Source: the human T2T-CHM13v2.0 reference genome, Homo sapiens
Assembly: GCF_009914755.1 (NCBI RefSeq)
Contig: NC_060945.1
DNA length: 64,000 nt
Reading direction: 5' to 3' (one strand)
The position numbers and the translations under genes were made by a program. The stretch's first letter is position 1; each line of letters starts with the position of its first letter. Below the pieces are notes generated by a model, which ran no database searches, was not told the DNA's origin, and saw only the letters and a list, made by a program, of their open reading frames with translations. Below are positions 28,846 to 41,099 of the stretch, in pieces.

Positions 28846-29334
28846 TGTTGGGAGATAAATCTCTATAGGTCTCAAACATTTCTGCATGTCTTGTGAACAG
28901 AGCTGCCTTTGTTCTGGGATATCTTTTCAAGGATGCTTGCACAGCCAACAGTCTTGGAAGATAGAGATACTGTCTCCCTCCAGAGCAAAGGGAAGATTTG
29001 CTTAGCCTGGAAAGATAATGATAGTATGTCCTTCTGGAGCAAAGAAGGAACTTAGCTCATGGTTCATTATAAAATATGTAGGTTCCCTGCACTTGAGTCC
29101 CTCTCCTTTAGCACACTTAATTTCTTAGGTCTCTCTTTATATTTCACCATGGGAATTGGGGCTTGGAGAACTGGTGCAAATGCTAATACTCTATTGCTGA
29201 AGCTGTCAGTAATAAAGACTTTTGCCTCTGACTCAGGAGTCTCGTGTCTTCTGCCTGCATCTGTGAAATTGTGGCCAGACAACTTATTGTCTTGAAAGTA
29301 TGGTAAAATATCAGACCCTTCATAGTTCTAGTCA
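28846..29334 (+). mobile_element. LTR47-like solo LTR
   Basis: tgttgggagataaatctctataggtctc...cagacccttcatagttc. Family from memory. Confidence 0.6.
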
Positions 29335-29869
29335 AGTTCTTAGTAGCTTAATGCTCACTAGTTCAGTAAATATATGTGTTGGAACATATTTAAAATTGGT
29401 CTTAAGATACATTTCTTTTAAGGAACATTTTAGAAATTTTAGAGACCTGAAATTCTACATGACTTTCTACCAAGAGAGGATCAACTTTTGGGTTGAAAGA
29501 ACTGAAAATGCAATGATGATCATTGCATTTTACTAATCAAAACTTATTTTCAATCTTCATTTTCAATAAAATTAAGTTAAAATTTCTTAGCTGGCATAAC
29601 AAAGATAGTATGGATTTGGCTTACCTTACCTTTCTACATATGCCCAAAGCTCCGGAAAACTCAAATGTTGGAAGTAACTGATCTATATTTCACTAGACTT
29701 TTGTTTTCTGGTATTTCTCTCAGTGGGTGGTACTGTAATTTAGCAGCCATCCAAAATAAAACCTGAAAGCCCATTACTCTTCCCTGTTCTTCATTAATCC
29801 ACATCCAATCATTAGTGTGTTAAAGATCTCTGTTTTCAAATATTGCATGTGCAGAGACTAAAAAGTGCA

Positions 29870-30207
29870 CTGTATAAAATAGAGAGTATATTGGTAGTTA
29901 CCAGAAGCCGGGAAAGGTAGGGGGAAGGGGGAGATGAAGATTGATTGATTCATGGGTACAAATATACAATTAGATAGAAGAAATAACACCTGGTATTTGA
30001 TAGATCAGTGGGGTGACTACGGTTAACGTTAATCAATTGTACATTTCAAATTAGCAAGAAGAGAGTAATTCAAATGTTCTTAGCATTAAAAAATGATAAA
30101 TATTCAAAGTGATGGATATCTCAATTACCTTGATTTGATTATATGAATGTATCAAATTATCACATGTACCCTGAAGATATTTACATTTATTATGTGTTAA
30201 TAAAACA
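29870..30207 (+). mobile_element. L1MA 3' end
   Basis: gggtacaaatatacaattagatagaagaaataa...gatggatatctcaattaccttgatttgatt. Confidence 0.8.
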
Positions 30208-30723
30208 ACTCTAGTCTTTTAAATATGTCCCCTATTTTCCACGCTTAGTATCAGAACTCTCTACTTTTTGCTTGTTTGAATCATTGCATTAGCTTTCTAA
30301 CTGGCTTCTTTAATTCCTATTTGTATATTTAAAATCTGTCTTCCCAACTGGGCTCAGACCAGTGTGATACATCCAAAATACAAAACTGATGCTGTTTAAA
30401 GTGTGCTAGCAGCCCCCCTTTTTACACAGAATAAAGTCCATGCATTTCAGGATGGCCTCCATGAACTGGCCCATCTATATCTCTTTGGCCTCATGTTTAT
30501 TTTATGATCTGTGGGATACGTATGGCTAGTGACCGAGAGCAAGGGCTCTGGAGTCAAAGCATCTGTTTATATTATGGTTTTTTCATCTATGAGCTGAGTG
30601 ACCCCAGGAAGATTTAAATAGTATTCCATGGCTTAGTTTCCTCATATGTCAGGTGGGAATACAAAGAGCAGCTACTCATAGGGTTGTTGGAAGAATTTAA
30701 AAAATAATTTGTATAAAAACACA

Positions 30724-31105
30724 CATTGGTCCATTTTGTGCTGCTATCATAGAATACTACAGACTGAATAATTTTTAAACAGTTTAAGTTTATTTGGCTC
30801 ACGGTTCTGGAGGCTGGGAAGGCCAAGACTGAGGGTCTGCATCTGGTGAGAACCTTCTTGCTGCATCATAACATGGTAGAAGGCATCACATGGTGAGAGA
30901 ATGCAAGAATAAGAAAAAGTGAAGGGTGCTGAACTCACCTTTTATAAAGACACCACTCCCTTGATAATGAACCCACTCCTGCAATGACAACATTAATCCA
31001 TTCATGAGGATGGAACCCTCATGACCTAAACACCTCTCATTAGGTTCTGCCTCCCAACACTGCTGCATTGGAGATTACGTTTTCAACACATGAACTTTGG
31101 GGAAC
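30724..31105 (-). mobile_element. MST/MLT1A-type LTR inserted in MIR
   Basis: gtccattttgtgctgctat...acacattcagaccatag, with MIR pieces on both sides. Confidence 0.75.
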
Positions 31106-32124
31106 ACATTCAGACCATAGAATAACATTTAGTGAAGTGTCAGGCACATAACAGATATTCTACAATGTCAGTTATATTAATATTAAACTGCTTGTTTTCA
31201 TCATGTGCCATGTTTTTCTATTCTTTGTCTTGCTGTCTTTTGTTTTCCTTTGTGTAAAATGTTCTTGCTCTGCTTCACTATGGAACAGTGGTTGACAGCA
31301 TGGGCTTTGGGTGAGATTAAAACAGGTTTGGATTCAGACACTTCCATGGATTAACTGTGCAACATTACAAAGAGTGCTCAAGAAGTGATTATTATTATCC
31401 TATGTACCCTTCAGGATTCAGCTCAGGGGAAATCATCTCTGTGCCAGTTATGAGGCTATTACCTTTTGGCATCAAATCTATCCTTCCATAGTTGGCATTT
31501 TGATGCTGGGGCCAGGATTCTGCAACCTGCATTTTTACTTTGCCTGCAGGCTCCGTGTTAGGCTCCCTCTACTTGGGAAGGAAGACAGAAGCAGCAGGGC
31601 TGAGGGAGGAAGAAGGGACTTCCACCTCCTGTTTGTGTCCTGTGTGCCTCCTGCCTGCTGCCTGTTCCTACTAGGCTGTTAGTTCTTGTTTTATCTTTTC
31701 AAAAGACAGAGATGAGGGTGAGGTCAATGAAGCATCTGCCTCAGGAACAAAATTTAAGGGAACACTAATACTAAGGAATCAGGATAAATTACTGTATATT
31801 CAAATATAATATTTTAAAAAATCAAAATTAAATGAAAAAAAACCCATAATGAACAAAATATCAAAATTTTAGTAGAGACCAGTGCCCGCTGAGCCACATT
31901 AGAGCCTGGGGCCACTGGTTTTAATAAAAACAAACTCATCAATAATATATTCAAAATCTACTTTGTTGCTAATTTCATTTTTAGTTGAGAGAATTACTGT
32001 GTTTGACAATTTCTCTTGTCCAAGAGATGATCTTTAATAATTTTTACTTAGCTTAAGCTGATACAGAGTGATAACAAATTAGCTTTTGGCATAAGTAAAA
32101 TATTAAACTTAAAATAACACTGTG

Positions 32125-32437
32125 GGCTGGGAGTAGTGGGAGTAGTGGCTTATGCCTGTAATCCTAGCTCTTTGGGAGGCTGAGGCGGGTAGATCACTTG
32201 AGCCCAGGGGTTGAGGCCAGGCTGGGCAACATAGCCAAACCTTGTCTGTACAAAAAAATACCAAATTAGCTGGGTGTGGTGGCACATGTCTGTAGTCCCA
32301 GCGACTCAGGATGCTGAGGTGGGAGAATTGCTTGAGCTCAGGAGGCAGAGGTGGTTGTGAGCTGAAATTGTGTCACAGCACTCCAGCCCGGGCAACAGAG
32401 CAAGACTTCATCTCAGAAAAATGGAAAATAAAAATAA
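32125..32437 (+). mobile_element. AluJ
   Basis: TSD aaaataacactgtg/aaaataacattgtg. Confidence 0.92.
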
Positions 32438-32481
32438 CATTGTGAATTTTAATACACCTACTTTTCGGACTTTCAATATTT

Positions 32482-32790
32482 TTCTTTTTTCTTTTTCTTT
32501 TTTTTGAGATGGAGCCTCCCTTCATTGCCCAGGTTGGAGTGCAGTGGCATGATCTCAGCTTTGTAACCTCTGCCTCCTGGGTTCGAGCAATTCTTCCACC
32601 GCAGCCTCCTGAGTAGCTGAGACTACCAGTGCACGCCACCACGCCTGGCTCATTTTTGTATTTTTAGTGGAGACCACACTGTGTTTTACCACACTGGCCA
32701 GGCTGGTCTCGAACTCCTGACCTCAAGCGATCTGCCTGCCTCGGCCTCCCAAAGTGCTGGGATTACAGGTGTGAGTCACTGTGCCCGGCC
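32482..32790 (-). mobile_element. AluS
   Basis: Dimeric Alu. Confidence 0.92.
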
Positions 32791-32853
32791 AGTATTTTTC
32801 AATTACTTTAATGTTCTGGAAAAAAATTATCTTAAAAAATATACAAAATTCCC

Positions 32854-33247
<394 letters not shown>

Positions 33248-33303
33248 TCACTTATCTAGTTCTCAAGTTTATATGTAGGTAACTATTCTTTGATGCCCTT
33301 ATA

Positions 33304-33392
33304 AGTTACACGACCCTGAGTGGTCAGCATCCCCCAACTTCTTAGAGGGACAAGTGGCGTGCAGCCACCCGAGATTGAGCAATAACAGGTCT
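33304..33392 (+). pseudogene. 18S rRNA fragment (rRNA-derived pseudogene)
   Basis: AGTTACACGACCCTGAGTGGTCAGCATCCCCCAACTTCTTAGAGGGACAAGTGGCGTGCAGCCACCCGAGATTGAGCAATAACAGGTCT matches mammalian 18S (...CCCCCAACTTCTTAGAGGGACAAGTGGCGTTCAGCCACCCGAGATTGAGCAATAACAGGTCTGTGATGCC...). About 7 differences, mostly CpG decay. Confidence 0.93.
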
Positions 33393-33878
33393 CTTCTTTT
33401 TATGTGGCTCTTCCACCTACACGTGCCTACCTGCCAACTAAACTTGCACATGTACTGTAGTCTTCCTTATCCCCAAAATCCAGCTTGCAGATGGAACGAA
33501 CAACTGCCAGTCCCCCTCATGACACCAACACGACAAAAAAGAGTCATCCCACTAATCCCTTTACTTGTGGATTTAGGACTTTCTGCCTCCACTATTGCAC
33601 TTGGAACTGGAATAGCAGGCATCTCAACCTCTGTCACAACAGTCTGCAGCTTCTCTAATGACTCCTCTGCTAGCATTACAGATATATCACAAACTTACCC
33701 CAAAATCTTACTTCAGTCTAATCTCTCCCACTTCAGGTTCCTGTGCCACCCCTAATCCTGCTCAAAGCAGCCCTGAGAAACGTCGCCCATCACCCCTCCA
33801 TACTGCCCCCAAAATTTTTACCCCAAGTTTTCATTACTCTTTCTCGTTTTATTTCTTCATTATTAACATAAAAAGGAA
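33385..33878 (+). pseudogene. HERV-H env fragment (SU end, furin site, fusion peptide) plus 3' internal region, disrupted
   Basis: Translates TGLFFLCGSSTYTCLPAN*TCTCTVVFLIPKIQ, then frameshifts to LPVPLMTPTRQKR/VIPLIPLLVDLGLSASTIALGTGIAGISTSVTT...SASITDISQT. A deletion near 33695 joins this to the env 3' end. Polypurine tract at 33870-33878. Confidence 0.9.
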
Positions 33879-34271
33879 CGTAAGGTCCTCTGAGCTGGCC
33901 ACACCATGGTAAAGCCAAGGCATTCCCCGCCCCACCCTCCCCCCATGATAATGTACTTTGTGATATTCCCCCTCCTTGTGAATGTACTTTGTAACATTCC
34001 TCCCTGCTATTTTGACAATACATCCTCCCCGCCCTTGTGAAGGTACTTTGTAACGTCCTCCCTGCCCTTGAGAATGTACTTGTAACATCCATCCCCTGCC
34101 CGCAAAAATTGCTCCTGACTCCACCGCCTATCCCAAACCTGTAAGAACCAATGATAATCCCACCCTTCTCTGACTCCTTTCTCGGACTCAGCCCTGCACC
34201 CAAGTGAATAAACAGCCCTGTTGCTCACACTAAGCCTGCTCAGGTGGTCTCTTATACGGACACACGTAACA
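33879..34271 (+). mobile_element. HERV-H (LTR7-family) 3' LTR, complete U3-R-U5
   Basis: Follows the PPT. Has ~33-35 bp tandem units (cccttgtgaatgtactttgtaaca), AATAAA at 34207-34212 and an LTR7-like end (ggtggtctcttatacggacacacgtaaCA). Confidence 0.85.
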
Positions 34272-36318
34272 ATATTAAGTTCTCTCTGTGATTTCTACCT
34301 CCTGAACAGATTCTGACAACCTCAAAGTGCAGAGTGGATTTCTTCCTGTTCTCTTTCCCTCTCTTGGGCACTTCCCCACATTTATACTTTGCTAATTTTC
34401 TGTATTCCAAGAAATATAGTCCTCCCTGCCCTGCACAGGCATTCATTTGTTCCTGTGCAAATTCAATCCATTCTTCAAGATCCATCTCATATGTCATGAA
34501 ATCATTCTTTACCCTGCACCAAATGAAATGTTTCCTTATTTCATGGGACCATAGAGCTGTACTGGCATCCATACCATCTTACTGTACCTTGTTTTGTTGC
34601 TATTTGTGCATATATCCTATTCCGCCCCGTCCTCCCATCTGAGTTGTAACTTTGAAGATCAGGGACTGATCTTCTGGTCTTTCTCATCTTTGAACATTTC
34701 CTATTTGGTGAGGTCAGGAGCTTTGGAGCACTAGTCACAGAGAGAACTGGAGAAACAGCTGGGTCATGAAACACCGGGCTTCTGCACATTGGTGGGAAGC
34801 AACACCAGTAGGTGTTGAAGTTAGTTTTCTTTACATTCCCAGTGATCTCAAAGCTTGCTTCCTTTTTTGCCATTTCTGCCTTGATGCTCAGTTTTGGTCC
34901 TGAAAGGAACGATTAACTTTTCTTCTTTCCTTAGCCTGCTGAGCACAGGGTGGCATTTAAAACAGTTGAGAGCGCTCTCTCCCCTGAATTAGAAAGAGAG
35001 TGATTTCCAGGAAGCAGAAGTTCCCTTGGGATGTTTGCCAGTGGGAGTCAAACAGCCCTGTGTGAATGGCTTTGTGAGCCAAGACCTTCTCTTCACAGAA
35101 GTGATGTGATGCTGGCAGGACCCTTTAATGAAGGGACCATGGTAATTGAGATCAGTGGGGATATTCTGCTTACTTCTATAGCAATCAAAACACCTCCTAC
35201 AAAATCAAAACATTAGGAACAGCCCATCCTCAGCCTCCCACTGGCCCCAACTTTGTTCTTTTAGAAAAGTCAAAGCCCACTGAGACTGGGGGGTAACTTT
35301 GTCAGAAGTTTGTTTATTTATATAGTTTAAAGACGATTATTTTCAAAGTGGAAGCCAACTGATTTCAGACTACAAAAAGAATTTTCCAAAAACAAAGCTA
35401 CGAGGTCAAGTTTCAGCTTCATAGAAGGGATAATTTGGGCAAACTTCGCCAACCACAATAGAATATGACATATTAAATTACTGCTCTGGAAAAGGCATTT
35501 GCGTTTGTAGACCTCAGGAAACCCTGAATCTTGAGTGCAGTCTGAGCTGAGAGCTTTCCCTGAGAAGCTTGCATCTTTATAATACTGACTGCTGACCCAC
35601 TTTAAGGTCTTTGTCCCCAAACCACAGAGAGAAGAAAACAAGATAATGCAGGTCCTACTAGAGACTCTTGTACCTTGGTGTATTTATGCACCCACTGGTG
35701 GGCATTGCATTTCCAAACTAGGGCCATGGTTGATTTCATGCTCAACCTCATGGCATTATTTACTATAGAATAGAGGATGAAAACCCCAAAGTATCACACT
35801 AGATTCCTGGTCCTTTCAGTATCTTTTCAAAAGCTTGGTGGGGTTTTCTTTTAGAGTCAGCCACACTAACTCTTTTTGATCATTAAGATGCTCTTTGCGG
35901 TAACCTTCTGTAGGTAAAGGGAGACATGGTACATTACACCTAGAGGTAACCAAAGGAGAAAATATATTTCCCTAGGTCCATCTGTTTCTTGTTTTACCTT
36001 CTCATTTATTCATTCACTGAGAGCATACTCTGTGCCTGCACCATGCTAGGAGCTGGTATGCAGCATAAATAGGAAATACATAATCACTGCCCCCAGGGAA
36101 CAGCCTCTTCAAATACTCAAGCCTAGTGTAATTAAGGTAGCTCCCTCCGGATCTTTGAAAGGCTTTAACAGCGATAGCCCCTCAACTGAGAAACTTTGGA
36201 TGTACTCAGTGAACTAAGTCAAAGCCTCAGATATTTGGGCATGGGAATTTTATGTAAAAACTAAAGGTGCTTTTAAAATATCATAAGCGGCTACTATTCA
36301 CTCTGCCCGCCCCCCACC

Positions 36319-36523
36319 AAGTGGTTTCAACCAGGGGCAATTTTGCGTCCCAGGGATATTTGATGGAGACATTTTTAATAGTCATAACTGGGGAGAGGGT
36401 GTTATTAGTATCTGATAGGTAGAGGCCAGAGATACTGTTAAACATCCTACAATGCACAGGACAGTACCCCAAAAAGAATAATCTGGCCTCAAATATCAGT
36501 AGTGTTGAGTTTGAGAAACTCTG
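36319..36523 (+). mobile_element. MER20
   Basis: ggggcaattttgc...gtagaggccagagatactgttaaacatcctacaatgcacaggacag...tgagaaactctg. Confidence 0.85.
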
Positions 36524-38091
36524 TTTTCCACCAATACAACTGTAACTTTTTTTCTACTTTTAATCAAGAAAGACAACTATTTTGAAAAATAATGCTATAC
36601 TTGCCGAGTTTATAACTTACATTTCACATTAACAGTAAGCTGTAATTGGTATTTACATGTATCTTGACTATACAGTTGGGTTTTTTTTTCCCTGTCTTTC
36701 ACTTGTTATCACATTAGATGTTGGGAAAGAACTAGTATTTTTGATTCCCAGTAGTTCTGCCTGACTCTAGCTTATGAGCAGAAAACCTCTTTTGATCTTC
36801 AACTTCTTGCCTCTAATGGCCTCAGCAGACATTCTATGCATCTGCCCCCATCACCTCTTGTCTCTTTCTCAGAAAGGTCCTGGGAATTTAGTATTCTTTC
36901 TTTAGAGATAGAAAACCCGAAAGCAAAAGGAGAAGGCTTAATCAAGGTCACCTAGCAGGGCTTTGCACGGGCTTTCTGCCTCTCCCTTGGCTCATTATTC
37001 ACTGGTCCCTTCGGGGGAAATGTACACTATAAATCAGAAAAGACTATCATCTGTACTCTGCTAAATGTGTAAAGGTTAAATTTAGTCAGGCAGGTGATTT
37101 ATACTTGCTTATTTCCTTTAAAACCTCATGGAGAATTAAGGGAGTTTTCAGCTAGGATGACAAGGAAGGAAATCTAATATTTCAGAGTTCTGCTGTTATT
37201 CTTCTTGGAGTATGAAACTATCATTTGTTTAAAAATTCCATGTATCCAGGAAGGCTTGCATCAGAATACATTTTTGTAGACATTAACTCATCATAATTTG
37301 ATTAAACAAAATTTTGGTGTTGCATCTGTTAGGAATATCCTGAGTCACATCATCCACTCAAGGCAGAGAAACTGGTCTGCAAAAGCAAGGGTCGAGAAGT
37401 CTCATGAGGAATGTAGTAGACCGACTGGGAGAAAGTTTCTAAGAAATGATATGAAAGGGTTTGGTTTGGTTATGGAGATCATAAAGTGACAGATTTTTAT
37501 AAAACTAGTGGAACTGCCAGCTTAGGAGATTTTCACGCACTAAGTCAGGCCATTCACTTTCTTTCCTTAGGAGGCAAAAAGCAATAATTCACAGTTATAC
37601 ATAGGAAAAAAAGCATATTCCCTCCTTTCCAATGTACCGCCCTCCCACCTTTTCTCATTACTTATTTTCCTTTCTTGTGATTTTTTTCTTTATTATTATG
37701 ATCAACACATATCAGACAATATTTGGTGTCAAAGATGTACTTAGAGTAAACAATATTTCCTAAGGCCTCATTTACAATATTCGAAACTTGACCTGGAGAG
37801 CAGGTAGATTTTTATGTTAGTGGCCCCACTGAGAAATGGAGAACAAGGTGGTTCACCATGGCGCAGGGACATTTTGTGTTGGGCATGACAAAATATTTGA
37901 AATTAACAGTTATGCCCATCACCACAGTAAAAGGTGACTTTCAGAATACTTAAAATTCAATAGCTTAGTAATGTGTGATCTTCATCCACCCCTCCACCTC
38001 CACCTCTCCTTGCTATTTCTGAGGTTAAGACTTGTACTCTTATCTGAGGAACATGACTCAGAATTAGAGTACATAGTCTATGGAAAGATCA

Positions 38092-38298
38092 TCAGCCTTG
38101 ACTTCCTGGGCTCAGGTGATCCTCCCTTCTCAGCCTCCGAAGTAGCTGAGACTGCAGGCACATACCACCGTACCATGCTAGTTTTTTTTTTTTTTTTTTT
38201 TGGTAGAGATGGTGTTTCTCCATTTTGCCCAGGCTAGCTCAAGTGATCGGCCTGTGTGGGCCTCCCAAGGTGCTGAGGTTACAAGTCTGAGCCACTGC
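38092..38298 (-). mobile_element. AluJ, partial
   Basis: Diverged, truncated Alu. Confidence 0.8.
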
Positions 38299-38729
38299 TT
38301 TCTTTATATCACTTTACTACGTAAATGACTTCTTAGTTGTGAATACATTTGATTTAGTGGTAAATAAATTTCTTCTCCCTGGGTTGTGGAAATATGAGTT
38401 TCTAATTTCATGACAGAAAAACTCAGCAACCAACTGTATTTCTTAATTATACTTTCATCTGAATGCTGCTTGTCTTAATTTGTTATGCTACAAATGACAT
38501 AATAGTAACCCAAAGATTTGCCGTCTAAACATGTGTCTTTTAAAAGCTCAATAACTTAATGGTGCATTTTCGGCTGAAGCCAGTGTTTTGTTCGTACAAT
38601 TCATGATTGCTTTCTGTTAAAAAGCATGACTGTATATTAGAATAGAATTTAACCCAATTTATTATGCTAAGGCATGAACAATCAATGGAACATAACCAAC
38701 GATTGAATGGTAAGACTCGAAGAAAAAAA

Positions 38730-38947
38730 GAAACTGCCAATCAACCAAATATTTGCAAAATTAGTTGCAATAGGCTGAATTTTGTGTCCCCTCTAAAAAT
38801 TCATGTGTTAAAATCCCGACACCCAAGATGATATTATTGGGAGGTGGTGCCTTTCGGGGTGGGGCCTTTTGGGAGGTCCTGCCCTCATGGATGGAATTAG
38901 TGATCTGGAAAAAGAGGCCAGAAAGAGAAAAAGAGTGGGGAAAACTC
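38730..38947 (+). repeat. Inverted duplicate of 39895-40112 (MLT1A 5' part plus unique flank)
   Basis: Reverse complement alignment done by eye. Confidence 0.88.
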
Positions 38948-39557
38948 TGACCCCGACTCTCATCATATAACTTACATGAACATCAGCATTCCAGAAGACG
39001 GCTCAGTGGTTCTTTGAAATAATCTGGAATTAGGGGATGTTGTCTAAATTTATCTGCCTGCATCTTGTTCCAATAAATATATAAATTATAGGTTCAGGAC
39101 TTCCAAAACAGGGCAAAAACTGAACTATCAGAAGGCATGGCAAAAACAGTTACAGCTAATATTGAGAAATAACAAACTGTATATACATATACTCGTACAT
39201 TTTTCTATTTAGTATTCATTTATTTATTTTTCCAAAAGGAATAAGACCCACAGTTTTCAATATATTCTCAAGTGATCCATAAACTATAAGAAATTAAAAA
39301 CTGCCTGTAAAAATCTGCATGATAAATAATATTTATCATAATGATACTAAAATGTAAACACCATAAAGGCAGGTGTTTTGTCTATTTTTGTTCACTTTTC
39401 TATCCCCAGTACCTGGGACATAGTAGGGACTCAGTAAATGTTCATTAAATGAAGGAAGAAATCACACAAATGCATTGTAAGAGCATAGTATTCTACTAAA
39501 TAGCTAAAGAAAGGCCAAATGTTATTCAATACAAATTAAATGTTCCTGCTTTCTCTC

Positions 39558-39660
39558 TTTTTTAATTTTTTTTAATTTTTATTATTATACTTTAAGTTCT
39601 AGGGTACATGTGCACAATGTGTACCCTAGAACACGTTGTGCACATGTACCCTAGAGCTTA
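39558..39660 (-). mobile_element. L1PA extreme 3' end mini-insertion with fold-back
   Basis: T-rich tail + ttattatactttaagttctagggtacatgtgcacaatgtg, then the same sequence in the opposite orientation. Confidence 0.9.
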
Positions 39661-39696
39661 GATTATAGCTGTTAAGCAGAATATTCAAATGACTAG

Positions 39697-40075
39697 TGCC
39701 TTAGGCCATTGAGGGTGCTGTAACAAACTACCATAAACTGGGTGGCATATAACAATAAAAATTTACTTCTTACAGATCTGGAGGTCTGGGACCGCCAAGA
39801 TCAAGGCACCAGCAAATTCAGTGTCTGGTGAGGTCATGCTTCCTGGTTCACAGATGGCTTTCTCACCGTGTCCTCACATGGCCCAAGAGACAAAGGAACT
39901 CTCCTCCCCATTGTCTCTCTCTGGTCTTTATTATGAGGTCACTAATTCCATCCATGAGGGCAGTCACTCTCAAAAGGCCTCACCTCCCAAAGGCGCCACC
40001 TCCTAATACAATCATCATGGATGCCAGGATTTTAATATATGAATTTTTAGGAGGAACACAAAATTCAGTGTATTG
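39697..40075 (-). mobile_element. MLT1A-type LTR
   Basis: gctgtaacaaactaccataaactgggtggc...aacacaaaattcag. Confidence 0.82.
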
Positions 40076-41099
40076 CAACTAATTTTGCAAATATTGGCTG
40101 ATTGGCAGTTTCTCCACTTTTAATGCCATTCATTGGCTCATGCTGCCTAAGGAGTCTTGTGGCTTTTGCTCTTTTTTGCTTTATCTGCCCATTTGTCAAT
40201 TTTCTGCAAGCCTGGTGGAGACCAAGCAACTCAATCAGCTCTTCCTCTTCCTATTGCCCTCAGAGCACCTCCTAGTGGCAAAAAGCAGGCATTGTAATCC
40301 CAGCAAGGCTTTTGAAATTTGCTTCTTTCATCCATTTATTTAGTTATTGCCTGCAAATGTTTCAACGATAATGTAATGATCCCTCTGCTGTCCAAAGGTT
40401 TGGAGAATGTTATGAAAGAACATTTTTGTTTTTTTCTGTAGCCTCTGCACTGACCTGTATTTCTGTTCCCAGGTGACTTGTACCACAATTTGGGGCAACA
40501 GAACATGCATTTAATGTTGGGTATAAACTTTTAATAATTAGAAAACTGAGAATGCCAAGAAACTATTACATGGTACATCTGTATAAGAGTATTTAGAATA
40601 AAATGTATGTGTTTTCTTAACACAAATCAAGTAATTTTGGGAGTTGATAAAAGGCTAATAGTTCAGAAAATTAAAATTATATGTTAAAGTCTTCTATGAA
40701 AAATACTTAACATAATTGCCATGTGAGAGAGCTGGTAAACATTAATGAAATTTCAAAATCAGTGCATAGAAGAGGGACATGGTCGATGGTTGAAAGTAAA
40801 CAGCAGACTGGCCAGAAATCTGATTACAAAGACCATGCAAAAATGAATAGGGCCTGAAGATACCAAATTCCTTCTGTTTTAAACCAAATTGATTTTCCCC
40901 TAAAAGAGTGTTAATAAAATACTTCACATAGTGAGTTTAACTTTTCTTTCTCAGTCTCTAAGTTATCTGGTATACCATTGTTTTTGATGAATTGCTTCTT
41001 CCTTAGTTTATGTTTTGTGTCATTTCAATCTAAATTGGTTCAAAGGGACACCTTCAGATTTTCTTCATTGGCAATGACTATTGAGCCCCTATGAGAGTA

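Noticed and set aside
33304-33392. Functional rRNA gene or contamination
   Set aside because: Only ~89 nt, CpG-decayed and fused to ERV sequence, so an old genomic insertion.
33354-33755. 133-aa ORF as a functional Env/syncytin-like protein
   Set aside because: No ATG or signal peptide. The true env frame has a stop and a frameshift, and most of TM is deleted.
33925-34100. ~34-bp tandem repeats resembling a CRISPR-like array
   Set aside because: These are the internal U3 repeats of the HERV-H LTR, with no unique spacers, in a human genome.
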